DNA of 64,000 nucleotides from Lama guanicoe. Its lineage: Eukaryota. Of the stretch, positions 38,651 through 52,412 are shown piece after piece (the stretch's first letter is position 1; each line of letters begins with the position of its first letter). Both the position numbers and the translations under genes were made by a program. The notes beneath the pieces were generated by a model that saw only the letters and a list, made by a program, of their open reading frames with translations, made no database searches and was not told the DNA's origin. Where the stretch lies: the NCBI GenBank assembly GCA_013239625.1, contig MU053493.1, positions 2,055,793 through 2,119,792 of the forward strand. Direction: 5' to 3'.

Positions 38651-39508
38651 ATGCGCCCAGCGCCTAGGAGTTGGCCGGCTGCCGCGCGTCGGCGGAGACT
38701 AGTTGGGGTTTTCGCGCAGCAGGTGTGTCCCAGCTTTTTTATCGTAACTGAAGTGTCATCCTTACCAAACCAGACAGAGAGAACAGGAACCAAAATTCCT
38801 AAGCGAGCGTGCGGCTAGTTTAGGACCACACAGGCTCAGGCAAGGCCTGTAGACAGTAAGTATTGAGAGTTTTGAAATCGGGAGTATTTTTAGGTGGAAA
38901 ACATTCAGAGGATGAACGTGGGAGAAAAAAATAAGGTGACAAAAAGCGTTTCTTTCTACACAAAACTGGGCGTAAAAAAGAACAAAAAACCCTGATGATT
39001 ACTAGTTTACTTTGCCCTGTCCAGTCCCTCCCCTCGTTCAAGTTTAAACCCTCCTGACCACTTATCACCAGTTACTTTTCCTAAAGCCCCTGAGAGTCTT
39101 GTTTTTTAAAAATGGTAAATAAAGGCTTGCCTCGCCAGCGCGACTGTCCCCATCTTTTCGCTATTGATACTCCGTGCATAATAAACTCCATCAGCTAGAC
39201 ACGGCCCCCATAAAGCACGTTTCACTGGCGTGTTTCTGCTTGGTCAAATGAGTTTATCTTTTAGAAGGCACGTGTTCATGTAAATTGCCTTGGGCCCCGA
39301 CCACGATTTAGCAGAAATAGGTAAGAACGCTACCAGCAGAGAAACATGCTCTCTCAGGAGGTTACCATTTAATTTTGGGCATCACAGATCAAGCATTGCA
39401 ATAATGTGAATCTCTTAAAATTTCTTAATTAATAGGTCAGCCTTAGGGTTCAATGGGAAAGAAAAGAGATTCCAAGGGTATCATCCCTCATAATCTATGA
39501 TATGTGCA

Positions 39509-39540
<32 letters not shown>

Positions 39541-41020
39541 CATCTCTAATAGACGACATGAGTCATTTCATTAATTCAAACTATCTGCATTCTGCTGCCA
39601 TTACTTCCTCAGATCTTAGCAAATGTGTTCCTTTTCTTTTTACTGACTTGTAAAGAAGAAACTGAGTTTCCTTTTGTCTTTCTAAAGCTACCAGAAAGTG
39701 GGTAAACTTCAAAGAACCAAATCAAATTGAGTTCCTCTTTAATGCAAATATATTCAAAGGAAAGCAATTCAAAACACATTATTTGATAATAGTACCAAAA
39801 CACAACCTTATTAAAGTTTCATTAAATGTTAGCATAAAATTTTTGTTGTAATTCAATACAGAAATGCAGTCCGTAAGTGGCACTGGAAATGGCAATACTA
39901 AATGTAAAAATGATATTTTGTGTTGTGTTGCAAGTATGCCCAAATCTGGTAAACTATGAGTAATAACTTTCTGTTCCACATAAGAGCTAACAATATCCTC
40001 AAGCATCAATCTTAATGGCAGACGCCTACTAAGAAAACAAATATATCATCAAGGCAATCTTTTTTTTTCCCACAATGAGAAAATTCATCTGCTTCAGTTT
40101 CCTTGCAAATTAAAATTTAAACTCAAGTTCAAAGAAACCTACAATAGAGAATTTTGCAAAAAGGTCCCTTAAGAGGGATCAGTTGTACCCCAAGTTAAAA
40201 AAAATAATCAGCAACCAAGAGATAACAGAGAAATAGGAAAAAAGATGAAAGCTACTGTCAGCAACTAGGCTGTTTTTTTAGTGTTTTTCTCGCTAAGGTA
40301 TTCACTTGAAGTCCCACAGGTCAAGCTACCCTTGAGACTGAAAATCAGCAGTGTCTGTCACTAGCATCTTTACAGATTGTCATACTCAAAATAGATGAGA
40401 GAAAATACTAGTTTTAAGTTTTAAAATCCCTCTCTACACTGTGTGCAGAAGAATGCAGGTGAGAAAATACAGATGTAAGATGACAGGATTAGAATGAAGT
40501 TTTAGGCATTGCATAGAGAAGTCGCCCAGACCCCTAAACCACCTTAGATTGACACAGGAAGCCATGATGTTTGCGGGGGAAAAATGGTGATAATGGTAAT
40601 AACAACAACGCTAACACTAATAATAAATGTAAACAACAGCTAATGATTATTGCAAAGGTAACTATGGGTCAGATTTATTCCAAGTGGTCTACATATTACT
40701 TCATTTAATCCCCTCAAAACCCTGAGGCCTATGCATTTATTATCTTTCTCTGCTCTTAACCACATACTGATGCAGAAAGAACCTGGATATGGTGTCCTTG
40801 AAAAAGTAGAGGTTAGGGAGTCATCTGGACTTTGGTTAGAAACCTGCATGACACTGGGAAAGGTGATTTGAGACTCCTTTTTGTTTCCAAATCAACAAAA
40901 TGAGATTACTAACCAAGGCCTTAGGGGACCAAGAAAGATGAGTTTGCCAAATACCTAGCACAGGGCCTGATGGTAGTTGCTAATGATTTGTTTCTCTCCA
41001 GGGGGTTTATATTAGGAAGA

Positions 41021-41337
41021 CAGTCCTCCCTTGCTATCTGTGGGGGATTGGTCCCAGGACTCCAGAGCATACCAAACTCCTCAGATGCTTAAGTTCCTTT
41101 TACAAAATAGCATAGTGTTTCCATGTAACTACACACATCTGCACATCCTCCCGTATAGGGCAGATCCTCTCTAGATTACTTTAGTATCTAATACAAAGTA
41201 AATGCTATGTAAATAGTTGTAAACACAATGTAATTGCTACGTAAATAGTTGCCAGCACTTGGCAAATTTAAGTTTTGCTTTTCTGGAACTTTCTGGGTTC
41301 TTCCTCTTCTTCTTCTTCTTCTTCTTCTTCTTCTTCT

Positions 41338-41372
<35 letters not shown>

Positions 41373-41437
41373 AATATTTTCGATCTGCAGACCTGTATTT
41401 TTGGATGCCTACGTTGCAGATATAGAGGGCCAAATGT
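41021..41437. mobile_element. MER2-like Tigger DNA transposon with internal (CTT)n/poly-T expansion
   Basis: gggggattggtcccaggac...gatgcttaagttcc...aaatgctatgtaaatagttgt...gaatattttcgatctgc are MER2-type motifs. Confidence 0.75.
41297..41371. repeat. (CTT)n followed by ~32-nt poly-T
   Basis: Directly visible. Confidence 0.95.
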
Positions 41438-43224
41438 ATTTGAGGACTGTTCAAAGCTGTTAGAAAAATGTTCACTGCAGTGAAACACTTGTACACAAAC
41501 ATCCAAGAAAAGTCTGGAAAATTTTTATCAAGGTACTATTAAAGTTATGTTCTTTGAAAAGTGAAATTCAACGTTGATTTTCTTGTTTGGGAGATAAAAA
41601 TATATTTTCAATGATTTTTTTAACTTCGCAGTGACACCATGCCTTAGCAATTATACACATTCAGGTTTTCAGTAAATTCAGTGTGATTTGAATATATTTG
41701 TGACTTTTTGTTCAGGTATTGAAGGAATAAAGACAAGTAGTTAAAAAAGAAAAACATTTTCAAACATTTTATGTTAATATTCTTAATCCTTTTGTTACTA
41801 GACACCTCCCCCACCCCAAGAAAAAAATTCTTTGAGGCAAAAACCAAACTAGCTAAGATTTCAGCTGCACTGAACAAAGACATGCCTACTATCAACTACT
41901 CTTTAGATGCTTCTGAGTAATTAATTGCTTTCTTTCATCTCCTTGGTAGCAAATGCCTGCTAAGCAGCTCTAATCATCTCTATTATCTACTTCAACCTCT
42001 TCTTCATTCACGGAAGTTCTTGCAGTACCAGCGGAAGGTTTTAAATTTTCTAATGCAACCTAATGCAAAGAGCAGGTAAGGACTCTGGGGAAAGAAAAGC
42101 AGTGATAAAGGCATGCAGCCACTATTGTGGGCAGCTTCTCTGCCTGTTCCAGGAAGGAAGTGGGACGGTTTGCAACACGTGAGAAAGGAGTTGTGGGGGC
42201 AGATACTATTTTGGTACACAGATGGTGGGAAAAGCAATCTAGTAAAACCCACCTTCACTCACTTGTAACTAAGACCCATCATGGTTAAATCAAATGATAG
42301 GACTACTCAGTAATACTTTGTCTCCCATGAAGGATACTCAGATGAAGTGGCAACAGAGTTTTTTTGTGGTTGGAGGAGGGGAGTGGGAGGTGGGGTTTGA
42401 TGGGATAGCTTTTCCACACATTGTAGCCATTTGGCCTAGAAGCCTCTTTTCAAGATACATGCATCTTCCAGTTAGCCAGGGTTTTTCACTCATGAAAATC
42501 ATTAAGGCCTATTAAGTTAGAAAAGTACAAGCAGGTAAGGTCTTATTCGTGGCCAGGAAGTTACTTTTTATCTGCTTGTTTTTGCCCTCTGTTCTGTATC
42601 CTTTTCCTTTAGAAAATGCCTCTTTCCATCCCTAGGAGACCTTGGTAAGGCTCTGCCTTCCTGTCCTGGGTGTGTGGGATTCAGCCCAGCCACAGTGACT
42701 GACAGAATTCCAGTCAGCATCTTTTCAGGGGTTCATATAGGAACTCTTGCCTGTCAGCTGACAAGCTGAGGCGTGATGTATGCCCAGCCATCCTTGCCTT
42801 CGCCAGGGACTAACCTCTCATGTGGAAGCCAACTCAGAGATCTAAGAGATGGAGAAGCCATCCTAGTGCTGCATCTGAACCCTGGATCCAGAGTTCAGGG
42901 TCAGACTCCCGGGGATAACTGGTGACTGCAGCAGGTAAAATCTCCCTGGTTTATCTGCTTTGAGTAGGTTACCCTTACTTGAAACTGAACAAGTTCCATA
43001 CCCGCGATGAAAAGGAAAAGGAGGATACTGAGGAATGGGACTTGTTCGAAAGGAACCAAGCTAGACAAAGTTATTACCTGTGTTAACCAAGGATTCCAAG
43101 AACAGGTCATGAAGTCATTTATGCTTGTGCTGTGATCCAGTGCTTTCAAAACTACATCTCCCCATTTATGAGCAAGTACTTGTTACCTTAAAGATATCTA
43201 CCATATTAAAATGTATCAACCTAA

Positions 43225-43381
43225 GGGGGGAGGAGTAAGCTCAGTGGTAGAGCACGTGCTTAGCATGCACGAGGTCCTGGGTTCAATCCCCAGTGCCCCC
43301 ATTAAAAAAGTAGAATAGATAAACCTAATTACTTCCCCCTCCCCAAGAAAATTTAAATAAAATAAAAATAAACTAGAAAAT
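43225..43381 (+). mobile_element. tRNA-Ala-derived SINE (vic-1-like)
   Basis: Head, body and A tail; TSD aaaatgtatcaaccta / aagatgtatcaatcta. Confidence 0.9.
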
Positions 43382-43529
43382 AAGATGTATCAATCTATAT
43401 TGTGAAAATCACTTCTGAGTTAATCATTGTGCAGTGTGCATAATCAATCCAGGATATTCACAAAAATGCAAAATAAGTTTAACATCTACAAAAGTGCATA
43501 TAGGTATGTTTATGACATGATTTAAAAGT

Positions 43530-44290
43530 AATGTTTGTGAGTCTATTTCTGTTTTGTAAATAAGTTCATTAGTGTCTTTTTTTAGATTCCACATGTAAGT
43601 GATATAGTATTTTTCTTTCTCTTTCTGGCTTCACTTAGTATGATAATCTCTCTAAGTCCATGCATGGTGCTGCAAATGGCATTATTTCATTCTTTTTTGT
43701 GACTGAGTAGTATTCCACTGTATAAATATACCACATCTTTATCCAGTCATTTGTGGGTGGACATTTAGGTTGTTTCCATATCTTGGCTATTGTAAATTGT
43801 GCTGCTATGGACATTGGGGTGCATGTATCTTTTCAAATTAGAATTACCTCCAGACATATGCCCAGGAGTGGGATTGCTGGATCATAGGGTAAGTCTATTT
43901 TTAGTTTTTTAAGGACTCTCCACAATGGCTGTTTTCCACAATGGCTGCACCAAATTACATTCCCACCCACAGTGTAGGAGGGTTCCCTTTTCTCCACACC
44001 CTCTTAAGCATCTATAGTTTGTATACCAGTGGGGGAAGTCAGGGGTGGAGGGATAAACTGGGGCTTTGGGGTTTGCAGATACACACCACATATATACAAC
44101 AGATAAACAACAGGGTCCTACTGTACAGCACAGGGAACTATATTTAATATCTTGTAATAGCCTATAATGAAAAAGAATCTGAAAAGGAATACACAGACAC
44201 TCACACACACACACACACACACGTAACTGCATCACTATGCTGTACACTAGAAGCTAACACAACATTGTAAACCAACTATACTTTAAAAAG
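43530..44290 (+). mobile_element. Young L1 with 5' inversion (inverted part ~43530-44022, sense 3' end ~44023-44290)
   Basis: The two parts are adjacent segments of the L1 3' region in opposite orientation. Confidence 0.8.
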
Positions 44291-46029
44291 ACCCCTAAAT
44301 TCTTCTCTCCTGTTTTACAGGCACATTTAAAAACTGCACACACAACTATGAACTGTAGGCAAGAGCTGCTGCAATAAAAAGTAAATAAATAAAACAGTCC
44401 CCCTCCCCCCACCCCAAAAGCTGTTCAAACACACAGAATAAAGCAAGTGGCACACAACGTAAGTACACATCTGCTGCTGGTCTGGTCTCTCTCACTCTGA
44501 TGCCACCGCTACGAGGCACCACTGACTGAATGGAATTTAGCCCTCACAGGCTCTTCAATATGACAACTGAGAATCAGGTTGTATGTAAGAAATATCCAAA
44601 GATCATGAAACTTAGTACAGTCTAGACATGTGAGAATGCCACACGTGAGATCTGTCACCTCACTGACCGCTCATCTGCTGGCCACATTTCCAGGCATACC
44701 TTCTGGAAGGTACCCATTTGGTAGAAAAGGGTAATCTTACTGCAGTACAATACTACAGCCACAACGGTTTCTTCCGTTGATATAGACAAATTAATTTCAT
44801 ACCCCCCAAGCCAAACATTTTCAAAGACTAGGAACTGATGTGAAGTTTCTTTTTACCTGGAGGGAAACAACAAAGTCTATGCTTTGTCCTTTGTACACGG
44901 GCAGCCCTACATCTCACCTGGACAAAAATTAAGGTGTTGTGGCCACGTGATAATTGCCTTTCTTAGCATGGAAACTGCTCAGAGGAGTAAAGCCTGTGTT
45001 CACCCGGAACCCTCACTGCATTCCCTTCTTTAGATCCTGAGAAGGTGATCTACTTGGATTCTGTGGAAACCTGTACATCGTGGATGGCACACACAAACCC
45101 TGCTGCTGAAAAGCTGACAAACCAGTTTGTCAGAAAGTCCCTGGTTCTGTAAGATAGCCCCGAAATCTGGTATTAAAGGAAACTTCAGCCCCCACCCCCT
45201 GCATCCTTCCGTAGCATGTGCTCAAGATGTCTGGGCTTCTGTGGGAGCTGGCAGAAGCCTGACAGAGAAGAAAAAAAAGGACATTCCAGGATGTAACCAA
45301 GTTTGATCACAGGCAGACAGAGGAGGCACAAATGAGGCCCGGGGAGGTAGAGGCAGAGACAGGTGAGATGGACTGGACCATGTCATATCAGGGGGAAAAA
45401 GCAGCCTTACAAATAATTTAAATCTGTTAGACGGCAGACACACATCAGTGCAAAAATTGGGAAGGCAAGACAAGGAGAGAGAAAAGGGAGACCAACACAG
45501 GCGAGGCTCGCACGTGTCTGGAACGAAGGAGTAAGGGGAACCCTGCGTGCCGAGGCCTCTGGCCCGGCTGGCTTGGCTGCAGGGCTGCTTCCAGCAGCCG
45601 GGAAGGGCGGCTCTAAAGGCAGGAGAGGCGCGGGAGCTTGGTTTGCGGGAGGATGGCAACATATCCCTTAATCTGGCTAGATAAACCACAGCAGCTTGCT
45701 TGCTCGAGAAGCAGGACTTTTTTTTTTTTTTTGGACTCATTCAGATTTTATTCATCCCACAAGTTGCACAGAGGTGGTGTGGGAAAAGCAAACGTTAGCT
45801 GATGAACTGCTTTCTAGGATCTGACCCGTCATTAAAAAGGTGCTCACGAGATTTTCTTGGGCTGCTCGGTTATTTATAATTATCCAAGTGGGTCACACTG
45901 CTTAATGCGTGTTTTCTTTTCCTTTCACGTGTACCTGTAAGCAAATGACTTAATTTAGTATGGTTATTATTACGGACATTTAAAAACTACACCCTGGGAA
46001 ATCTCACACAGTAATGAATGTGGATACAT

Positions 46030-46600
46030 CTGCTATGCTTCGTCCTTTCTGCACAAGCGTGATGATTAGCTGCAGTTTACAGAGATTCAGCCCGACTCCC
46101 TGCCATGTAACGTGACCATGGCCATCCCTTCACATTTTTACCGACTTGATCTTACTCTAGGTGGTATTTTTTAGATTTATAAGTAAATTATACAACCCAA
46201 ATAGCAAGTGACTGGTTTAGGAGTGGACATGTGATCCAGTTCTGGCCAGTGACATGTGAGAGTACTCTAAGGAGCATCTGAGAAATGTCTACTTGCTCTC
46301 AAAAAGAGGTTTACAGGAAAAAAATTCTTCTTCTACCAGGCGTTTTGCACCAGCCGATCACACCCCAGGCAGTGATAATCATCTTGTGACCACGAGTAGA
46401 ACTGAGCCAGCCCATCAACACACTGAACCTGGCAAGAGGCCAGGTCCTTGACGACCCCGCCAGGCTGCCAGCCAGACCAGCTCCGAAGCAGCCCGCCTCT
46501 GGGCTTGTTCCTTAAGACAGCACCTTCTTTGGCTGTTTCAGCTTTTGTGAATTGGATTTTACACCCTGAATCTAAAAGCAAACCCAAAACATCTCCACTG
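46030..46600 (+). mobile_element. MaLR (MLT1-like) LTR remnant
   Basis: gactggtttaggagtggacatgtgatccagttctggccagtgacatgtgag motif; similar remnants at ~42530-43000, ~33100-33440 and ~54230-54590. Confidence 0.55.
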
Positions 46601-47021
46601 ATACAGACAGATGAAGTGGTTCCCAATAAGAAGAATACATCAGCTGGTTGTTCACAGACTTCACCTGGAGAAGGGGTCCAGTCACTGGCCACATGCCAAC
46701 CCCCCCTCCCCCGAGATCTGTAGACACGCTGCTGATCTTGAAGTACAGGTGAGGTTCAGGCAGTGGCACAGGATCGCAGGTTGGTAGTTGGCCTCCCTCT
46801 GTGGCCAAGAGACACTGGGATGTTATCTGGGACATGGGAAGGGGTTTGCCCAGATATCCAAAGTCCGGAGGTCAGAAAGTCAGAATCTGTGTGGAGGTCC
46901 TCCTATTTCAGGGGCATCACCCTAGCCTGAGCAATGCCCACCCTCAGCCTGTGGATCCTTGTGGGTACCACTGAGGATGTGCTCCCCACTGCACACCAGA
47001 ACCTCCCACTACTCCTCAATT

Positions 47022-47515
47022 TGTAATAGGAAGAACAAATTCAACTCCACATTAGATCTGTTCCATTAGCGCTCTGTTTCCTGTGCTCAGTCATGCTGGT
47101 TCTTGCACCTTTGGTAAAAAAAATACTGCCTAGAGACTGAAACAGACAGGAGAGTCCATTATCAAGGCTCTGACCTTATGAGTATAACACTTTTCCATTC
47201 ATATAGAGATAAAAAATTGCAAAACAGAGAATAACATGGGTCTCGTTGGAGGTTTGACCTGACCTACGTGGACAGCGGCAAGGACACAGGATGCCAGCAC
47301 CAAGAAGTTTGCAAAAACCAACCACACCCCGTCTGCTTTTAGTGTAAAAGGAGCCTGAATTCTGACTTTGGAAAATGGGTTCTCCACAACATTAGTGCCC
47401 CATCTTCTTGGGCTGTTGGCTTTCCAAATAAAGTCACTATTCCTTGCCTCAACAGCTCATCTCCTGACTTACGGCCTGTCGTGCAGTGAGCAGAACGAGT
47501 TTGGACTCGGTAACA
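47022..47515 (+). mobile_element. ERV1 solo LTR (MER34-like)
   Basis: TGTAAT...GGTAACA ends, AATAAA near 47427, imperfect 4-bp TSD aatt / aact. Confidence 0.75.
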
Positions 47516-48479
47516 AACTCGCTCCCTCCTTCCAGCAAGGTCTTGGCACTTGAGGCACTCCCATGCTTTCCAAGGCCATCTGTCATGAGATGGAAGTCTT
47601 CAGTTCCCTGTTACCTTGCCCCCTGAGACCCCATTTGGTGTTAGAACCTGGGTCCCCAGTTTCCTTAGAAGGAGAGGGCAAGAAGTCACATCCTGAAATC
47701 CTGGAGGTGTTGAGTGCCAACCTGTCCCTGTTGCCTGGATTCACACAGCATCTGCAGCCTGGTCTTGTTTCCTGCCTATAATTGACCCCCACATGATGAT
47801 GACCAGGGCACAGCTAAGCTCTGAAAGCGCAGGCCAGCCAGCCACGTATTCTGCCTCCTCTGGCCACTTGAGGATGCCTGGTCTGGGGGTGTGTCCAAAG
47901 GCTGACCCGCTGCCGCTCCCCATGGCCTGTGGTGGACATGCGTGTTCAGCACAGGAAGCCGAGGTCAGGGGTCAGCATCCAGCAAGATTCTATGGGCTGA
48001 AGGTCGGGGTGGGTAGTCCACAGAAAGGCTGCATCTCTGGAGGAACCCAGAGTGAGGAGCAGCCTTTCCAGGCCAGAGTGGGCTTAGCAGGCTGGCCCGG
48101 GGGCTTCCAAGCAGCAGAGATAGGGCCCGTCTGGCCAACTGAGGTGTCAGTCCTGGGAGAGTCCAGCTGTCTGCCTTGCAAGAAGCTGCCAAGTGGGACT
48201 GAAGACAATCTATTTCTATTTGATTTAGGAAACAGACATTATGCCCGCCCCACCCTGTGCCATATCTAAAGTGAGATAATATTTGGAATTTGCCAGCCCA
48301 GGTGCCCCTTCCCCACAGAGGGAACACAGTCCCGCCTTCTCTGCCTCCGTCTCCCCCTGTTAACCTAGCATGGCCTTAAGGGGATGGTGGCCGTCACGGC
48401 CACCAGCTGGGCCCAATCCAGCACTGGGGAAATTCCACACCCAACGCAACGAGTAGGCGAAGCAAATTCCTAAGAAGTT

Positions 48480-49260
48480 CAGTGGTTTGAAGGAGGGAGA
48501 TGGCCAAATTCTAGAACAGATGGCCACCATGCAGCAGAACTAATGGAGGAAACAGAAATAGTCTGTATAATAAAGACATAAGGAGAGCACATAAGGAGAT
48601 ATTATCAGAGCACAGTAAACTGCTTCTGGACCAGACTCACTCTTGACTGTTTAATTTGAAACTTCATTGAGGCATTGTAAAGGAGAATGAATGTTCCCTG
48701 CAAAAAACCGAATTACCATTTTAGGAGGCGCCAACGAAAGATATGTCACAGATACAGAACAAAAAGTTAATGAAATAAAAATCACAAACGAAATATCAAG
48801 CTATGAAGGGTAGAAACAGGAGGCATGACATGTAAATAATAGAAGTTCAGGGAGAAAGTGGCACATGACAGAGAATAAGCAAAGAAACAGCATCAAAGAA
48901 AAAGCAACTTGGGTTTTCAGATTGAAAGGGTTCTGAAAAGGCAGGATGTAGGCACATCCTGGCAAAACGTCTGAATTTCAAGAATTGGGCCAAAAATCCC
49001 AAGAGTATGGACAAAAAGAACAAGTTGCTTCTAGAAACAGTTAATCATCTCACATTTCTCAAGTGCAATCTTGGACACTAACAGATAATGGAAATAACAT
49101 TGAGTGACTAGAGAAAAGAAAGAACCATGATCAAGGCGTTCTCTGCTCAGGCAAACTATTATTGTGTCAGGACAAAAGAGGAGATTATTGGACAAGCAGA
49201 GTGCTCCCCAGGTGTCCTCTCTGAGAATATTCCAGGAGACTCTCACCAAAGAACCCAATC
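48480..49260 (+). mobile_element. Ancient L1/HAL1 ORF1-like remnant
   Basis: A-rich degenerate motifs (ttcagattgaaaggg; ctgaatttcaag). Confidence 0.4.
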
Positions 49261-50934
49261 AAACAAGGACCCATGGGAGGTGAAGACAAGAGTGTAGTGG
49301 GCAATGGTGAAAACAAATTTTGTAATGTTTATTTTTAAATCTTCATGGGCAATGCTAATGTAAATATAAATTATACCACAGTCGTTCATAAGGATTCTTG
49401 ACATAGAAGATGGAAAAATTTTGGTAAGAGCCTGGACCCGAACAATTTCAGCTCACCCCAGGAATGAGGACAGTGGAGAGACGGAATGGGGAAAAATGAT
49501 TCTCCTCTGGGTGGGTTGAGGTCAGTGGACACTGAAGATATTCTGGTGGGAGAGTGTGCTGGTTACTAAGTTATGAGTGCTCGGTTCCAAGTCCATTGCT
49601 CCCTGGTGGTGGAGTGGGAGCTCTGAAAGCCATGTTTTTATTCTGTTACGTGGCTTCCTGTCGGGTTCTTCCAATGAGGGGCAACGGGGGTGGCCTGACC
49701 AGTGGGGTCAGGGGAGGACTTGTTTTGTGTTTGCCAACGTTTGCCAATACCTGTGAAAACAGATGAAGTAGGAAAATCCCTAGAACAACATAGTCAACAA
49801 AACTGATACAAAAACACACAACATCTGAATAATTCTGGGAACTACTGAACCTGTGATCCCAGACTCCCTCAGAGAAAATCCCAGACTCACGTGACTGCAT
49901 TAGTGAATTCTACTGAACATTTAAAGAAGAAATAACACCCGTCTTAAATAAATACTTCCAGAGAAGAAAACAAGGGACTATATCCATTGTGTTTTATAAA
50001 AAAAAGCATAACCTTAATAGAAAAATCTGACAAGGACATTTTGAAAAATGGAGATGACAGGCCAATCTCCCTCATGAATATATAATCAAAAACCCTGAAC
50101 AAAAAAGTGACCAACGAAATCTAGAGATTCAACATGAGAAAGCTGAGTTCAATCCGGGAAAGCAAGTTGACTTAACATTCAAAAATCACCCAAGGTAATT
50201 CAGTGTGTTAACAGAATAAAGGCGATCTCTCATATGCCCATCTCAAAAGAGAAAGAAAAGTCATAAGAGAACATTCAGTATCTATTTACGATTTTTTAAA
50301 AATCCAACCAAACAAGAGCTTTAAGCAATCTTGAATTAGCCAGGAACTCAGACAATCATTACAGTCTGCATCAAACATCACACTTTTCTGTGAAATACTG
50401 ACAACGTTCCCCTTGAGATGAAGGGTAAGACTAAAAAGCCTGCTATCAACCATGTCTAATCATCATCATACTGGAGGTCCCAGCCAGTGCAAAAAAGAAA
50501 AGAAATGAATGCTCTGAAGACTCGAAAGAAACAAAATTGTCTTTTTTTTCCAAATGTGATGATTTTGTATGTAGAAAATTCAAAAGGATGTACAGATGAA
50601 TCATTAGAATTAATAAGGGAATTAATCTATCAAAGTGGTTGTATGTAAAGTCAATATACACAAATCAGTTTTATCTCTTTTTCAATGACGAACAGGGAGT
50701 GGAATTAAATTACATACCATATATTTTATTCCATTTGCCCAAAGGTGGCAGGAACAACATCTCCCATCCCACATGCCCACGTGGACTGTCCTGGGGGTGG
50801 CTGCTGCTTCCTTCCAGAGGTTGGGAACAACTCCTCCACCCCCACAGCTGTGGACTAACTGTGACCTGCTTTGAGCAACAAACTGCGGCGGGGGCTGTAT
50901 CACGTGGGTTTTGGAAACTTGTTCTAAGCTATTC

Positions 50935-51816
50935 CATTTTTTATTTTTTTATTGAAGTATAGTTGATTTATAATGTTTTGTTAGTTTCTGGTGTACAGAA
51001 TAGTGGTTCAGTATATAAATTCTTTTCAGAGTCTTTTCCTTTTCAAAGTCTTTTCCATTATAGGTTATTACAAGATATTGGATATGGTTTCCGGTGCTGT
51101 ACAGTAGGACCTTGTTGTTTTATTTATTTTATATATAGTGATATGTATATGTTAATCCCAAACTCCTAATTTATCCCTCCTCCTCCTTTGGTAACCATAA
51201 GTTTGTTTTCTATGTCTGTGAGTCTGTTTCTGTTTTGTAAATAAATTCACTTGTGTCATTTTTTAACATTCCACTTATAAATAATATTATATGGTAGTTT
51301 TCTTTCTCTGACTTACTTCACTTAGTATGACAATCTCTAAGTCCATCCACGCTACTATAAATGGCATTATTTTATTCTTTTTATGGCTGAGTAGTATTCC
51401 ATTGTATATACAGACCACATCTTCTTTATCCAGTCATCTGTTGATAGACATTTAGGATAATTCTATGTCTTGGCTGTTGTAAATAGTGTTGCTATGAACA
51501 CTGGGGTGCATATGTCTTTTTGAATTAGAGTCTCCTACAGATATGTGCCCAGAAATGGGATTGCTGGATCATATATGTAAGTCTATTTTTAGTTTTTTAA
51601 GGAACCTTCATACTGTTTTCCATAATGGCTGCACCAAACTACACTCATACCAACAGTGAAGGAGGGTTCCCTTTTCTCCACACTACCTCCAGCATTTATT
51701 GTTTGTGGACTTTTAAATGATGGCCATTCTGATCGGTTTGAGGTGATACCTCAGTGTAGTTTTGATTTATATTTCTCTGATAATTAGCAATACTGAGCAT
51801 CTGATCATGTGCCTAT
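50935..51816 (-). mobile_element. Young L1 3' end inserted in a MaLR-like LTR, TSD taagctatt / taagccatt
   Basis: Poly-T then attgaagtatagttgatt...; antisense 3'UTR and ORF2 end. Confidence 0.88.
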
Positions 51817-52259
51817 TTAAGCCATTAAATTTTGAGGTGACTTGTGGTACAGGAAAAGATAACTAAAATACACTGCATAGCAACACCAAAACATTTTATA
51901 TAGAGATATACATATTAAATTTATATCTAATGAAAGATATGCAGCGCCTCTACTCAGAAGATTATAAAGCAATAAAACATTATTGAGAGAAATTAAAGAC
52001 GACCTAAATAAATATTCACAGGTTGGAAGACCCACCGTGGTAAAGATGTCAACTGTCTCCATACTGATCTACCTATTCAATATAATCCCACAAAAATTCC
52101 AACAGGGTTTCCTTGTAGAATTTGACATGCTGACCATAAAATTTATATGAGAATGCAAAAGGCCATGAACAGCCAAATAATCCTGAAGAAAAAAATACTT
52201 CCTTTATTGGATACCAAGGTTTAATTCTAAATTTATAGTTATTAAGACAATTTGGTATT

Positions 52260-52412
52260 ATAGTACAGGGAACTATATTCAATATCTTGTAGTAACTGCT
52301 AATGAAAAAGAATATGAAAAGGAATAAATGTATGTATATGTATGACTGAAACTTTATGCTATACAGCAGAAATTGACACAACACTGTAAACTGGCTATAC
52401 TTCAATTTTTAA
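52260..52412 (+). mobile_element. Short young L1 3' end, TSD ~aattggtatt
   Basis: cagggaactatattcaatatcttgtagtaac 3'UTR motif. Confidence 0.8.

Larger units (their letters stand above)
37530..38720. promoter_or_regulatory. CpG island covering the NSMCE3 promoter and coding region
   Basis: Very high GC and CpG density against a CpG-depleted background; GC box GGGCGGGG at 38575-38582. Confidence 0.9.

Noticed and set aside
38095..38818. Long overlapping or antisense ORFs across the NSMCE3 5' end
   Set aside because: Stop codons are scarce in a CpG island; the ORFs use non-ATG or weak starts and encode low-complexity peptides.
41188..41506. Poly-Lys/Arg and poly-Phe ORFs
   Set aside because: Translation of the (CTT)n/poly-T microsatellite inside a MER2-like element.
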